This document shows positions 38,287 through 48,239 of a stretch of DNA of 64,000 bases, piece after piece. A program made the translations under genes and the position numbers. The DNA is from an uncultured Mycoplasma sp. (lineage in GTDB: Bacteria; Bacillota_I; Bacilli_A; RF39; UBA660), in the NCBI GenBank assembly GCA_946554525.1, contig CAMNSE010000002.1, positions 14,001-78,000 on the forward strand. The letters are read 5' to 3'. Below the pieces are notes generated by a model that ran no database searches, was not told the DNA's origin, and was given only the letters and a program-made list of their open reading frames with translations. The stretch's first letter is position 1. Every line of letters begins with the position of its first letter.

Positions 38287-40353
38287 TTAAGGTGGCGAAA
38301 AAGATATTTTTTCTTTTTGATTATGATACTTATAAATAATTGTTCCACACTCCTGAGTATTATAATAATTTAAGTTAAGTTTGTTTAAATTTTCTATTGT
38401 TTCAATAGATGGATGATTATAGCGATTATTTCTACCAGATGAAATAATACTATATTTAGGATTAATATCTTTTAAAAAATTATAATCACTACTAGTTTTA
38501 GAACCATGATGTCCTAATTTTAACACATCAACATTCAATTTAAACTTAGTTATAATATCTTGTTCAACATTTTTAGGGGCATCTCCCATAAATAGGAATT
38601 TCTTATTTTCAAGCTCTAATAAGATAACTAAAGAGCTATCATTTTCATCTGATGTATTAGTTTGATTTAAATTCGTCATTTTAATTTTTTTAGCAGAGAA
38701 ATCTTTTACTTCAGTAATTTCTTTACTTAAAGCGTCTTCCATTTTATTTTTATTATTTAAATTGAACATTATTTTTTTAATATTTATTCTTTTTTCCAAA
38801 TTAAATGCATATCCTAAATGGTCAATATCTCCATGGCTACAAATTAATAAATCAATATGGCTAAATCCTAAACTATTTATAAAAGTTGCAATATTTTCAC
38901 TTAAATCAAATTCCCTATTACGTATTTGCCAATCATTTTTTTGATATTCGATTTTTCCTCCTGTATCTATCATAATAATATCTTTTGCATTGCTACTGAT
39001 TATCAGTGCAGCTTCGCCCTGCCCAACATCTAAAAAAAACACATAATTATTAGTATCTAAATATGGTTTTAATTTAAAAATAAAAACAAGTAAAGCTATT
39101 AAAAATATATACTTAAAATTATATTTATAAATAATATATATAACTAAATAATAAAAAAATATAAATAAAAATCCTATTTTAGGAACAACAATAGAAAAAC
39201 TTATTTTATTTAAAATATTGTTTAAAAGCTCTAAAATATTAAAGCCCATTGCTAAAATTGGTTCCAAAAAGGGAAAAATAAAAGTAAACAAACTAAATGG
39301 AAAAAGAATAGTACTTACAAAGGGAACAATTAAAATATTATTTAAAACAGTAAGCAAATTAAATTCATAAAAATTATAAATTGTAAGTGGCAAACTAAAT
39401 AAAAACGCTATTAAACTAACTAAAAATAATTGTTTTAAATAATTTCCATTTATCTTTTTTTGAAATAAAAGTAAACCAAAAGATGTTGTAAAAGAATACA
39501 AAAATCCTAAATCATAGATATAAAAAGGATTAATTATTAATAAAATCAAGAATAATAAATATAATACTCTTTTAGTATCTAAATTAAAGTCAATTATTTT
39601 ATTTATTTTTAAGAATAAATATAGAAGACTAGCTCTTATGACTGAAGGGATAAATCCAACCAAAAACATATAAAAAAAGAGAATGCTTACAATAATTATA
39701 TCCTTTTTCTTAATTTTATTAAAAAGCTTATCTAAAACTACAATAAATATGCTGATATGCATACCAGAAACAGCGAATAAATGAGTTACGCCATTACTAC
39801 GATAATTCTCATAAACATCACTAGACATTAAACTGCTATCACCTAAAATAAATGCATGCATGTAGCTTGATGTTTTTTCTAAATTATTTGCTCTATCAAT
39901 AAACCAATTTTTAATTTTATTAAATATAGTAACTTTATTTTCAAAAGTAAACTCACTAACTTGAAATAAATAAAAAATTTTATGTTTATACAAGTACTCT
40001 TTATAGTTAAAAGTGTTAGGAATGGTATTATTTGCAGGACTAGTCAATTTACCATGCAAATTCACTTTCAATCCTATTTTTAAATCATTGGATAATTTCT
40101 CTTTTTCTTCTTTTGTTTTAATATAATAAGTTGCTTGAACCTTCTCTTTGCCATTTATAAGCAAACTAATCTTATCTCCATCTATATGGTATTTCAAAAT
40201 AGTTCCTTGAATAGAAGTAGTATTAATGTTATACTTGCTTTCATACTTAATCAATTTTGTAGTAATGACAATATAAATAATTAAAAGAAAAATACTGACA
40301 ACTAGAAAATAATTAGACTGTAATATAATTCTTAATCTTTTCAAAAATTGCAT
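38287..40353 (-). CDS. comEC: DNA internalization competence protein ComEC/Rec2
   Basis: 688 aa with a polytopic competence domain plus a C-terminal metallo-beta-lactamase motif (CSHGDIDHLG). Confidence 0.88.
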   Translation of the reverse strand: MQFLKRLRIILQSNYFLVVSIFLLIIYIVITTKLIKYESKYNINTTSIQGTILKYHIDGDKISLLINGKEKVQATYYIKTKEEKEKLSNDLKIGLKVNLHGKLTSPANNTIPNTFNYKEYLYKHKIFYLFQVSEFTFENKVTIFNKIKNWFIDRANNLEKTSSYMHAFILGDSSLMSSDVYENYRSNGVTHLFAVSGMHISIFIVVLDKLFNKIKKKDIIIVSILFFYMFLVGFIPSVIRASLLYLFLKINKIIDFNLDTKRVLYLLFLILLIINPFYIYDLGFLYSFTTSFGLLLFQKKINGNYLKQLFLVSLIAFLFSLPLTIYNFYEFNLLTVLNNILIVPFVSTILFPFSLFTFIFPFLEPILAMGFNILELLNNILNKISFSIVVPKIGFLFIFFYYLVIYIIYKYNFKYIFLIALLVFIFKLKPYLDTNNYVFFLDVGQGEAALIISSNAKDIIMIDTGGKIEYQKNDWQIRNREFDLSENIATFINSLGFSHIDLLICSHGDIDHLGYAFNLEKRINIKKIMFNLNNKNKMEDALSKEITEVKDFSAKKIKMTNLNQTNTSDENDSSLVILLELENKKFLFMGDAPKNVEQDIITKFKLNVDVLKLGHHGSKTSSDYNFLKDINPKYSIISSGRNNRYNHPSIETIENLNKLNLNYYNTQECGTIIYKYHNQKEKISFSPP

Positions 40354-41065
40354 CTCCTATGCCTTTAACATTTTTAATATCGTCAATTGCTTTAAATTTA
40401 CCATTAACTTCTCGATAATTAATGATCAATTTTGCTTTAGCATCACCTATACCCGTTAAAGACGTAAGATCCTTTAAACTAGCAGTATTAATATTAATTA
40501 CGCTTACAGTGCTATTATTGGTATTACTATCGGCATTATTGTTTGCACTACTAGAAATTGTACTATCTCCAGGCACTATCATACTTTCTTTGTCCTCAAC
40601 GCATTCGGTAATATTATATGTTGGCACATTACATGTTGAAGGCTCATTTTTAATTACAGTTTCAGTTTTATTTGTCATCGGCTTTACTTCATTTGTTGTA
40701 TAAATATACAAAACCATCTCATCTACAACCTTCTTACTTAAATTAATTCCATTTATATAAGCATTAGTTTTAAAACCTCCAGCTAATGTAATTGCATCCT
40801 GTATAATAGCATCTTTCTTAATTTCATAAACACCTGGTTTTTTTACAGCACCTTTTACATCAATATGAATAGTTTGTGATTCAGATGAAACATCTTCAAT
40901 AAAGTTTGTTTCCTTTTCTTTAATAGCTACTTCACTATTAATATCTAATTTATTTTTTCCTTGATAAAATAATGTAAAAAGAGATAAACTAATAGAGCAC
41001 AACAATAAAAAACAAATAGTCATATCTTTATAATATTTCTTTATAAAATATAAAAAATTTTGCAT
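40313..41065 (-). CDS. comEA: competence protein ComEA (SLBB + helix-hairpin-helix DNA receptor)
   Basis: The ATG at 41065 is preceded by AAAGGAGG. There is a TM anchor, the SLBB segment VKGAVKKPGVYEI, and C-terminal HhH repeats (INTASLKDLTSLTGIGDAKAKLII...VKGIGDAIFEKI). Confidence 0.88.
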   Translation of the reverse strand: MQNFLYFIKKYYKDMTICFLLLCSISLSLFTLFYQGKNKLDINSEVAIKEKETNFIEDVSSESQTIHIDVKGAVKKPGVYEIKKDAIIQDAITLAGGFKTNAYINGINLSKKVVDEMVLYIYTTNEVKPMTNKTETVIKNEPSTCNVPTYNITECVEDKESMIVPGDSTISSSANNNADSNTNNSTVSVININTASLKDLTSLTGIGDAKAKLIINYREVNGKFKAIDDIKNVKGIGDAIFEKIKNYITV

Positions 41066-41178
41066 AATTTCCTCCTTTCCAAACGAACTATAACATGAGA
41101 AAATAAAGAAGTCAAAATACAGATTTGTTAAAATCTGTGCAAAATTCAGCAATAAAATAAAAAACTGTAGTAGAATTA

Positions 41179-41616
41179 CTATTTTCTACTAGCAGTTTTA
41201 TTATTTTTTGTATTTTTTCTTTTTTTAAATAAAAATGTAAAAGTAAACAAAATAATTAGAAAACAAATAGAAGATATAACAGGTATTGCATATTCCCATA
41301 CTTCTCCCCTATCTATTTCTAATCTGGTAACATCTTCTAATGTATTAGTAGTTTCAATTATATGTTCTCTTGTAACATACAAATAATAGCTTTCCATTTC
41401 AGTATCATTCCAAACAGTCAAAACCACCTCATTTTTTCCATAGCTAAAATTTTCATTACCGATTACTGATAATTCTACTCCATCTTTTAATCGATATTCC
41501 ATTTCTAAGGAAGTAACGTGTGCATCAACAAAAACAGTATATAAAGTATTAAAAGTGTCAAATTCTAAACTCATATTTCCATTCAATATTTTTAAGTCTT
41601 CAAGCATACTATTCAC
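41179..41616 (-). CDS. cadherin-like beta-sandwich domain protein with a C-terminal TM anchor
   Basis: The pattern LEDLKILNGNMSLEFDTFNTLYTVFVD...GKNEVVLTV...YYLYVTRE is followed by a TM helix and a basic tail. No N-terminal signal peptide. Confidence 0.45.
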   Translation of the reverse strand: MNSMLEDLKILNGNMSLEFDTFNTLYTVFVDAHVTSLEMEYRLKDGVELSVIGNENFSYGKNEVVLTVWNDTEMESYYLYVTREHIIETTNTLEDVTRLEIDRGEVWEYAIPVISSICFLIILFTFTFLFKKRKNTKNNKTASRK

Positions 41617-41658
41617 CTACTTTTAGTTTAACTAAAAAAAAGAAGATTATGCTTCTTT

Positions 41659-42750
41659 CTAAATAAGTTTAATCAATATTTCATTCATTATATACAATTT
41701 TTTGGGATTAATTTTAATATTTCCATTTTCATAAATTAGATCTCCAGTTTTAATTAAAGGCTTTATTGGAAATACTTCTTGTAAATTTTCTTCATACTTG
41801 TTAAAAAAACTTTCTAAATTTATTCCACCTAGTTTTCTTAAACCTAAAATAAGTTCATTTTCCATATTATCAAGTTTACTCATAAGATATTTTGAGCTTA
41901 CTAAATTGCCTTTTATATATTCAGTTAGGCTTTTACTATTTTCATATCTAATAGCAGCTACAAAACCACTAGCACCACATCCAAAACCATAGTATTCTAA
42001 ATTATTCCAATATGTTAAATTATGTCTTGATTCATAACCTTTTTTAGCAAAATTTGATACTTCATAATGTAAATATCCATTCTTCTTTAATAGCTTACAA
42101 ATTATATTATAAAGACTAAAATCACGATCTTCATCTATTGGTTTAATTTTATTAACACCAACTAAAGTGTTTTTTTCAATTATTAAACTATAAGTACTAA
42201 TATGCTCGGGCTTTAATTTCAAAAATAATTTTAGATCTTTCTTTAACATTTTTATATCCTCATTTGGGATTGCGTACATTAAATCTAAATTAATATTTTT
42301 AAAACCAATACTTCTTGCTAGTTCCAATTTTGCTTTAGCATCTCTAAAATTGCTAGTGCGGTTCATAAACTTTAATTTATCATCATTAAATGATTCTATT
42401 CCAATGCTAAGTCTATTAACGCCATTTTGGTATAAAAACTCTAATTTTTCTTTTTTAAGGTCATTCAAATTACACTCAAAGGTAAACTCAATATTACGAG
42501 ATTTCTTAAATTTATTTAAAATTACAAATAAGCTCTTTAATTCATCTATAGAAAGACATGATGGAGTTCCTCCACCAATATATAATGTTTCAAGTTCTTC
42601 TCCCATATAGGAATTATCAATTTCTTCGTCTAGTTTTTTTAAATACGAAGCAACCCAGTCGTGATTATACACTACTTTACAAAAATCACAATAAGAGCAA
42701 ATACTATTGCAAAAAGGAATATGTATATATACAGATTTTATCTTTTTCAT
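41659..42750 (-). CDS. hemW: radical SAM heme chaperone HemW (HemN-like)
   Basis: The IHIPFCNSICSYCDF CxxxCxxC motif, 363 aa, lying downstream of lepA as in Bacillus. Confidence 0.88.
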   Translation of the reverse strand: MKKIKSVYIHIPFCNSICSYCDFCKVVYNHDWVASYLKKLDEEIDNSYMGEELETLYIGGGTPSCLSIDELKSLFVILNKFKKSRNIEFTFECNLNDLKKEKLEFLYQNGVNRLSIGIESFNDDKLKFMNRTSNFRDAKAKLELARSIGFKNINLDLMYAIPNEDIKMLKKDLKLFLKLKPEHISTYSLIIEKNTLVGVNKIKPIDEDRDFSLYNIICKLLKKNGYLHYEVSNFAKKGYESRHNLTYWNNLEYYGFGCGASGFVAAIRYENSKSLTEYIKGNLVSSKYLMSKLDNMENELILGLRKLGGINLESFFNKYEENLQEVFPIKPLIKTGDLIYENGNIKINPKKLYIMNEILIKLI

Positions 42751-42752
42751 AT

Positions 42753-43343
42753 TTATCTACTGCCTTTTTTACTATTAACAGCATCAGCACCATTTTTATT
42801 TCCTAAAATTCGTCTTTGTTCTAATTGTGAAGATATAATTTCGGATATGTTACTACTAAAAATATTGTATTTTTCATGTTCACTCAAACAATCATAAACA
42901 TAATCTCTAGTAACCATTTCTTCATCTTGGCAACTTGCATTATAAATATCTGCTATTTCTTGCAAGCTGGCATTAGGATATTCCAAAAATATTTGTGCAA
43001 ATACCAATATATGCTTGACTTTTTTTGCAATATTTTCTTTATTAATACTTGGTTTGCTACCGATAAACCGACCACTTTCTGATTTAAGACAATCATTATT
43101 TTGAAAACTTACAAAATCTCCGCGCCTTTTTCCTTCTATACTATTTAGCTTTAAAGTATCTTTAATTTTTTGTGCAGTTTCTTCCCCAAAAAGATTAACT
43201 ATTAGTGGATCATTCAAATATCTCTGAATACTTGATTTAGATATTCCACTTAGCTCGGGAAGTTGTGATAATTCCATAATTGTTAAATTAGGATACTCTA
43301 AAAACATTTTTGCGACTAAAAATATTTTTTCTTCTCTTTTCAT
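42753..43343 (-). CDS. tandem SpoIIID-like HTH protein (two repeats)
   Basis: Two copies of (V/I)F(A/L)xxFLEYPNxxxxE... The first carries ISKSSIQRYLNDP and ends GKRRGD, the second ends GNKNGAD. This compares with SpoIIID VSKSTVHKDL...LRGG. The start overlaps the lepA stop (TAATG). Confidence 0.5.
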   Translation of the reverse strand: MKREEKIFLVAKMFLEYPNLTIMELSQLPELSGISKSSIQRYLNDPLIVNLFGEETAQKIKDTLKLNSIEGKRRGDFVSFQNNDCLKSESGRFIGSKPSINKENIAKKVKHILVFAQIFLEYPNASLQEIADIYNASCQDEEMVTRDYVYDCLSEHEKYNIFSSNISEIISSQLEQRRILGNKNGADAVNSKKGSR

Positions 43344-45151
43344 TACTTCTCATCTCCACTTAATACTGCTAAAAACGCTTCTTGAGGAACTTCAACATCC
43401 CCAACCATTTTCATTCTTTTTTTACCTTCTTTTTGCTTTTCTAATAATTTTCTCTTACGAGAAACATCTCCACCATAGCATTTTGCCAAAACATTTTTGC
43501 GCATTGCACTAATTGTTTCACGGGCAATTACTTTAGATCCAATGCTTGCTTGAACTGGAAGTTCAAACATCTGTCTTGGAATTAGTTCTTTTAGTTTTTT
43601 AACAATAGATCGACCTCTTATATAAGCAAAATCTTTGTGAACAATTATACTTAGAGCATCAACAGATTTCCCATTTAATAGAATATCCATTTTTACTAGA
43701 TTAGATTCTCTATACCCACATATTTCATAATCAAAAGATGCATAACCTTTAGTATAGCTTTTTAATTTATCAAAAAAATCATAGACAATTTCTGATAAAG
43801 GAATTTCATAATGGATATTTACTCTAGTCTCGTCAATATATTCCATAGTCTTATATACTCCTCGTTTGTCTTGACATAATTCCATAATTGGCCCTATATA
43901 TTCACTTGGAACAATAATATTTGTATATATATATGGTTCTTTAATATAAGATATTATACTTCGATCCGGCATTTTATTAGGACTATCTATTTTTAACTCT
44001 TCTCCACTTGTAAGGCCTACCTCATATATAACGCTTGGGCTTGTTGCAATTATATCAATACCAAATTCACGATCAATACGCGTCATGATAACATCCATAT
44101 GAAGAAGCCCTAAAAAGCCAGTTCTAAAACCAAATCCTAAAGCATCAGAAGTTTCTGCTTCAAAAGTCAAAGCCGCATCATTTAGCTTTAGTTTATTTAA
44201 AGCTTCTTTTAAATCCTCAAAACGATTTGGCTCTACAGGAAATATTCCAGAATAAACCATCGGCTTCATTGGCTGATATCCGTTAATAGGAGCATTAGCT
44301 GGGTTACTTGCTAGAGTAATAGTATCTCCTACACCTACTTTATCTATTTCTTTAATGCTTGCACAAACATAACCGACCTCACCAGCACGAAGTTCATTAC
44401 GCTTAATTTCTTTTGGAGTGCTAACACCAAGTTCTACAATCTCAAACTCAGCACCGGTCGCCATTAATTTAATTTTATCCTTTACCTTTAATGAACCAGA
44501 TTCAATTTTTACTAATGCGATAACACCACGATAGGCATCATATCTACTATCAAAAATTAAAGCCCTCGTTTTATTTGTATCGGGGATAGTTGGTGCTGGA
44601 ATTCTTTTAATGATTTCTTCAATTAGTTGAGGTATTCCTTCGCCGGTTTTCCCACTACATAAAACTACTTCTTCTGCACTAAATCCAAATATTCTTTTTA
44701 ATTCTTCTAAAACTTTTGGAATATTGGCATTTGGTAAATCAATTTTATTAATAACGGGGATAATTTTTAAATCATTATTCATAGCAAGATATAAATTAGC
44801 TATAGTCTGAGCTTCAATGCCTTGAGCAGCATCGACTACTAAAATTGCTCCCTCACAAGCAGCAAGACTTCGTTCTACCTCATAAGAAAAATCGACATGC
44901 CCAGGAGTATCAATTAAATTCAAAACAAATTCTTTTCCTTCATATTTTGTATGAAGTTCAACAGCATTTAATTTAATTGTAATTCCTCTTTCACGTTCTA
45001 AATCCATGCTGTCTAGCATTTGTTCTTTCATCTCTCTTTTATCAATTGCTCCAGTATATTCAAGTATTCTATCAGCAAGCGTACTCTTGCCATGATCTAT
45101 ATGAGCAATAATTGAAAAATTACGTATATTCTTTGTTTCCATAATCATCAC
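43343..45151 (-). CDS. lepA: translation elongation factor 4 (LepA)
   Basis: [15 protein letters not shown] and DTPGHVDF motifs and the LepA-specific C-terminus. About 600 aa. Confidence 0.95.
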   Translation of the reverse strand: MMIMETKNIRNFSIIAHIDHGKSTLADRILEYTGAIDKREMKEQMLDSMDLERERGITIKLNAVELHTKYEGKEFVLNLIDTPGHVDFSYEVERSLAACEGAILVVDAAQGIEAQTIANLYLAMNNDLKIIPVINKIDLPNANIPKVLEELKRIFGFSAEEVVLCSGKTGEGIPQLIEEIIKRIPAPTIPDTNKTRALIFDSRYDAYRGVIALVKIESGSLKVKDKIKLMATGAEFEIVELGVSTPKEIKRNELRAGEVGYVCASIKEIDKVGVGDTITLASNPANAPINGYQPMKPMVYSGIFPVEPNRFEDLKEALNKLKLNDAALTFEAETSDALGFGFRTGFLGLLHMDVIMTRIDREFGIDIIATSPSVIYEVGLTSGEELKIDSPNKMPDRSIISYIKEPYIYTNIIVPSEYIGPIMELCQDKRGVYKTMEYIDETRVNIHYEIPLSEIVYDFFDKLKSYTKGYASFDYEICGYRESNLVKMDILLNGKSVDALSIIVHKDFAYIRGRSIVKKLKELIPRQMFELPVQASIGSKVIARETISAMRKNVLAKCYGGDVSRKRKLLEKQKEGKKRMKMVGDVEVPQEAFLAVLSGDEK

Positions 45152-45171
45152 TATTTTATTATACCGTAAAA

Positions 45172-45203
45172 TAAAAAAAGATTAAAGTAAAATCTTTAAT
45201 CTT
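45172..45203 (-). terminator. intrinsic terminator upstream of lepA
   Basis: On the minus strand, AAGAUUAAAG-6 nt-CUUUAAUCUU followed by UUUUUUUAUUUU. Confidence 0.75.
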
Positions 45204-45215
45204 CTTAACTAAATA

Positions 45216-45483
45216 TTAAATCATATTTTTGCACATATCATCACTATTTACAGCTAAGATGCTAGTAGAATGTGAAAAATTAGTTGTCATTGTCCATAGA
45301 TTAGCATTATTATTTAGCCAGTTACTAGTTTTGTAAGAATCTAGATTATTATAACTATCTAACACTGTTGTTCTAGAACATTATTGTGCTATCTACTGCA
45401 AATCCATAATCACTTGGATACATAAATCCTGCACTTTCTGCCCATATTGATACGTTTGAATTTGTTACGTCTACTTCTTCGTT
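45216..45483 (-). pseudogene. 3' remnant of a disrupted gene (frameshift/stop near 45373-45400, no N-terminus)
   Basis: Two adjacent minus-strand frames read ...EEVDVTNSNVSIWAESAGFMYPSDYGFAVDSTIMF* and CSRTTVLDSYNNLDSYKTSNWLNNNANLWTMTTNFSHSTSILAVNSDDMCKNMI*. This looks like coding sequence, and the motifs recall C-terminal domains of Firmicute pilin-like or secreted proteins. Confidence 0.45.
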
Positions 45484-45484
45484 T

Positions 45485-46279
45485 TTAACTAGTTTTACTT
45501 TTCTGCCTACTTTTCTTGATTTTATTTTTTCTGTTTTTACTACTTTTATTTTCTTTTTTTATTAATTTTTTTTGTTCTTTATATTTCTTCATTATTTCAA
45601 AACCTTTATAATTTTCTTTTTCAAGCGTTGGAAAGGCTTTTAATAGACGATTAGGAAAGGCCTTAAAACCTTCAATACTTTCTCGCAACTTTTTCTCAAA
45701 TAATACTGGTATTTTTGCTAATTTCTCATTTTTTAATTCTTCAACTATAATTAAACGATTACGAAGATTATAAGCAATAACAAATGAATAAATTTCATCT
45801 AATATAAATAGTATGCTAAATATAATACTTAATAATGTCCATGTTTTAAATGAAAGCAAACTAAATATCCAATATAACACTGGTACCACAGCATAAATAA
45901 TTACTAACGATAAAACGCCAAAAGCAAAAGAGTTTCTAAGACAGATACGCCCATTTAAATTATATCTATCATTACTATAATCCCACCATCTATTATGAAA
46001 TATTTTTTCCATTATAAACGAAGTAAAATACTCAAGTGCACTTGTAATAATTACACCAAAAACAAAAATAACTATTGGATCATCATAGTATCTTAACAAA
46101 CAAAATAATATAAGTAATGACCCAAATCCATATATTGGAATTACAGGGCCACATAAAAATCCCCTATTTACTACTTTTTTAGAGCAAATTCCTACCCAAG
46201 CTACTTCTAATAAGTATCCTGCAAAGGAACAAATATAAAATGTCATGAGTCCATATACCAATAATTCTTTCATATGCAT
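45485..46279 (-). CDS. CmpB-like membrane protein, paralog of 32945-33598, with a Lys-rich C-terminal tail
   Basis: FAGYLLEVAWVGI...GFLCGPVIPIYGFG parallels the other copy. The tail reads KKENKSSKNRKNKIKKSRQKSK. Confidence 0.5.
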   Translation of the reverse strand: MHMKELLVYGLMTFYICSFAGYLLEVAWVGICSKKVVNRGFLCGPVIPIYGFGSLLILFCLLRYYDDPIVIFVFGVIITSALEYFTSFIMEKIFHNRWWDYSNDRYNLNGRICLRNSFAFGVLSLVIIYAVVPVLYWIFSLLSFKTWTLLSIIFSILFILDEIYSFVIAYNLRNRLIIVEELKNEKLAKIPVLFEKKLRESIEGFKAFPNRLLKAFPTLEKENYKGFEIMKKYKEQKKLIKKENKSSKNRKNKIKKSRQKSKTS

Positions 46280-46381
46280 TTTCTCCTATTAATTTAATTA
46301 TATCAAATATTTTAAAAATAAACTACATATTTTACTTTTAAATTCATATATACTATTAGATGGTTAGAAAGGAACATATTT

Positions 46382-46873
46382 ATGGTTAATAAACAAAATC
46401 TATGGTTTATCACACTATTTTCTTTAATTATGGTTTTAAGCATTTATTATTTAACAATGTCTGATGATGCTCTATCAGCTATTAATGTTTCCAAAACAAA
46501 TGATAATGCCACTGAAGTAGTAGTAAATGAAAATGAAACTCTAGTTGCGCTTAAGGTATCCGAAGAAGAAGCTCTTATTGCACGAATTGATGAATTAGAA
46601 GGAATATTATTAAATAATAATTCAACATTAGAAGAAAAAAATAAAGCGTATGATGAATTACAAGACATTAATAAAAAAGAAGGCGCCAAAGAAAATATCG
46701 AAAAAACTATTAAAGAAAAATTCAAACTAGATAGTTATGCTAAAATAAGCGGCAATAATATTAGTATTACCATAGCTAGTAAAAATCACGATACAAAACT
46801 TGCAAATAACATTATTCGTTCTGTGCAAGAGCTATATAACGAAAATATGTACATTACTGTTAAATTTAGCTAG
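46382..46873 (+). CDS. spoIIIAH: SpoIIIAH-like sporulation protein
   Basis: NKQNLWFITLFSLIMVLSIYY compares with B. subtilis KKQTVWLLTMLSLVVVLSVYY. EEKNKAYDEL..., NNISITIASKNHD and the C-terminal ITVKF match the SpoIIIAH layout. Confidence 0.65.
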   Translation: MVNKQNLWFITLFSLIMVLSIYYLTMSDDALSAINVSKTNDNATEVVVNENETLVALKVSEEEALIARIDELEGILLNNNSTLEEKNKAYDELQDINKKEGAKENIEKTIKEKFKLDSYAKISGNNISITIASKNHDTKLANNIIRSVQELYNENMYITVKFS

Positions 46874-46940
46874 GTCAAATGTTTAACCAAATTTTCTTTT
46901 CTTTCATAAAATAAACTAGATAGTTTAGAAATGTGAAAGG

Positions 46941-47156
46941 ATGGAAAATATGGGTAGAAGTATTTTAACTAAAAGAGAACAAGAAGTATTTGATTTACTT
47001 ATTTTAAATAAATCAACAAAAGAAATAGCTAACCATTTAAATATTAGTGAAAAAACAGTAAGAAATCATATCTCAAATGTAATGCAAAAACTAGAAGTTA
47101 AAGGCCGAGCTGGAGCTGTAGTTGAATTATTAAAACTTGGTGAAATAGCATTATAA
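46941..47156 (+). CDS. gerE: LuxR-type HTH spore-coat regulator GerE
   Basis: LTKREQEVFDLLILNKSTKEIANHLNISEKTVRNHISNVMQKLEVKGRAGAVVELLKLGE is nearly collinear with B. subtilis GerE. The ATG at 46950 is an alternative start. Confidence 0.85.
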   Translation: MENMGRSILTKREQEVFDLLILNKSTKEIANHLNISEKTVRNHISNVMQKLEVKGRAGAVVELLKLGEIAL

Positions 47157-47160
47157 AATT

Positions 47161-47183
47161 AAATCTCCTGTTGGAGATTTTTT
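47161..47183 (+). terminator. terminator after gerE
   Basis: AAATCTCC-tgtt-GGAGATTT followed by a T-run. Confidence 0.8.
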
Positions 47184-47230
47184 AATTCTAATTTTATTTT
47201 TCTTTCGTATAATTAAATAGAGGTGTTATT

Positions 47231-48178
47231 ATGCTAAAAAAAAGTTCTATTAGAAGAATTATGATATCTACAATTGCACTAGTAATTGTCTCAATACTTT
47301 ATTTTTTCCCAAATAACAGACAAAATGAAATTAAAAAATCAATCGAATATGCTTTACCTCAAACTTCTCCGATATACCTTATTAATGATACTTCATATGT
47401 TATTAGGACAAATATTATTATAAAAAGCGAAGAAATAGTAGATAAAGCAAAAGAATTAATTGAAGCTTTAACCATTGGAAGCGAAAAACAAGAATATATA
47501 CCTAAAAATTTCAAACCCGTAATACCCCAAAATACAAAGTTATTGAGTATTAGTTTAAATGATGGTTTACTAAAATTAAATTTTTCTAAAGATTTTTTAA
47601 ATATAGCAAAAAATGAAGAAGAAAAATTAATTGAAGCTCTTGTATTTACTCTAACTGAAGATGAAAATATTAAGCATATAATGATTTTCATAGAAGGCGA
47701 AAAATTAGAAGAGCTCCCCCAAACAAATATTAAACTCCCTAATACTCTAGATAGAAGTTTTGGAATAAATAAAATTTATGATATTGATTCTATTAAAGAC
47801 TTAGAAAAGACCACAATTTATTATATTGGAAAAAATGAAGATTTAATTTACTATATTCCTGTAACAAAAGTAAACAATAATAAAAACAACAAAGTAGAAG
47901 TAATTATCGAAGAATTAAAAAGCTCCCCAATATATGAAACAAATTTAATGAGTTATCTAGCTAGTTCAGTAGAACTTTTAGGATATGAAGCATTAGAAGA
48001 TCAAATTTCATTAAGTTTTAACCAAGCAATTTTAAGCAATATACACGATGATGAAATACTAGAAGAAGTAAAATATTCAATTGCTTATTCTATTAAAGAC
48101 ACATTAAATATTAAAGAAGTTATATTTAAAGTAAATGACAAGACTATTACTATATTTAAAGAACAAAAACAAACCTAG
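47231..48178 (+). CDS. gerM: GerM-like protein (two GerMN domains, N-terminal membrane anchor)
   Basis: LLSISLNDGLLKLNFSKDF...LIEALVFTLTEDENIKHIMIFIEGEKL, with a second similar module. Confidence 0.65.
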   Translation: MLKKSSIRRIMISTIALVIVSILYFFPNNRQNEIKKSIEYALPQTSPIYLINDTSYVIRTNIIIKSEEIVDKAKELIEALTIGSEKQEYIPKNFKPVIPQNTKLLSISLNDGLLKLNFSKDFLNIAKNEEEKLIEALVFTLTEDENIKHIMIFIEGEKLEELPQTNIKLPNTLDRSFGINKIYDIDSIKDLEKTTIYYIGKNEDLIYYIPVTKVNNNKNNKVEVIIEELKSSPIYETNLMSYLASSVELLGYEALEDQISLSFNQAILSNIHDDEILEEVKYSIAYSIKDTLNIKEVIFKVNDKTITIFKEQKQT

Positions 48179-48193
48179 AATTGGTTTGTTTTT
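48165..48193 (+). terminator. hairpin after gerM
   Basis: AAAAACAAACC-tagaatt-GGTTTGTTTTT. The stop codon lies in the loop. Confidence 0.55.
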
Positions 48194-48239
48194 GCATAAT
48201 AACTATTAACTAGAGAATACTAATATTAATATAAAACAC

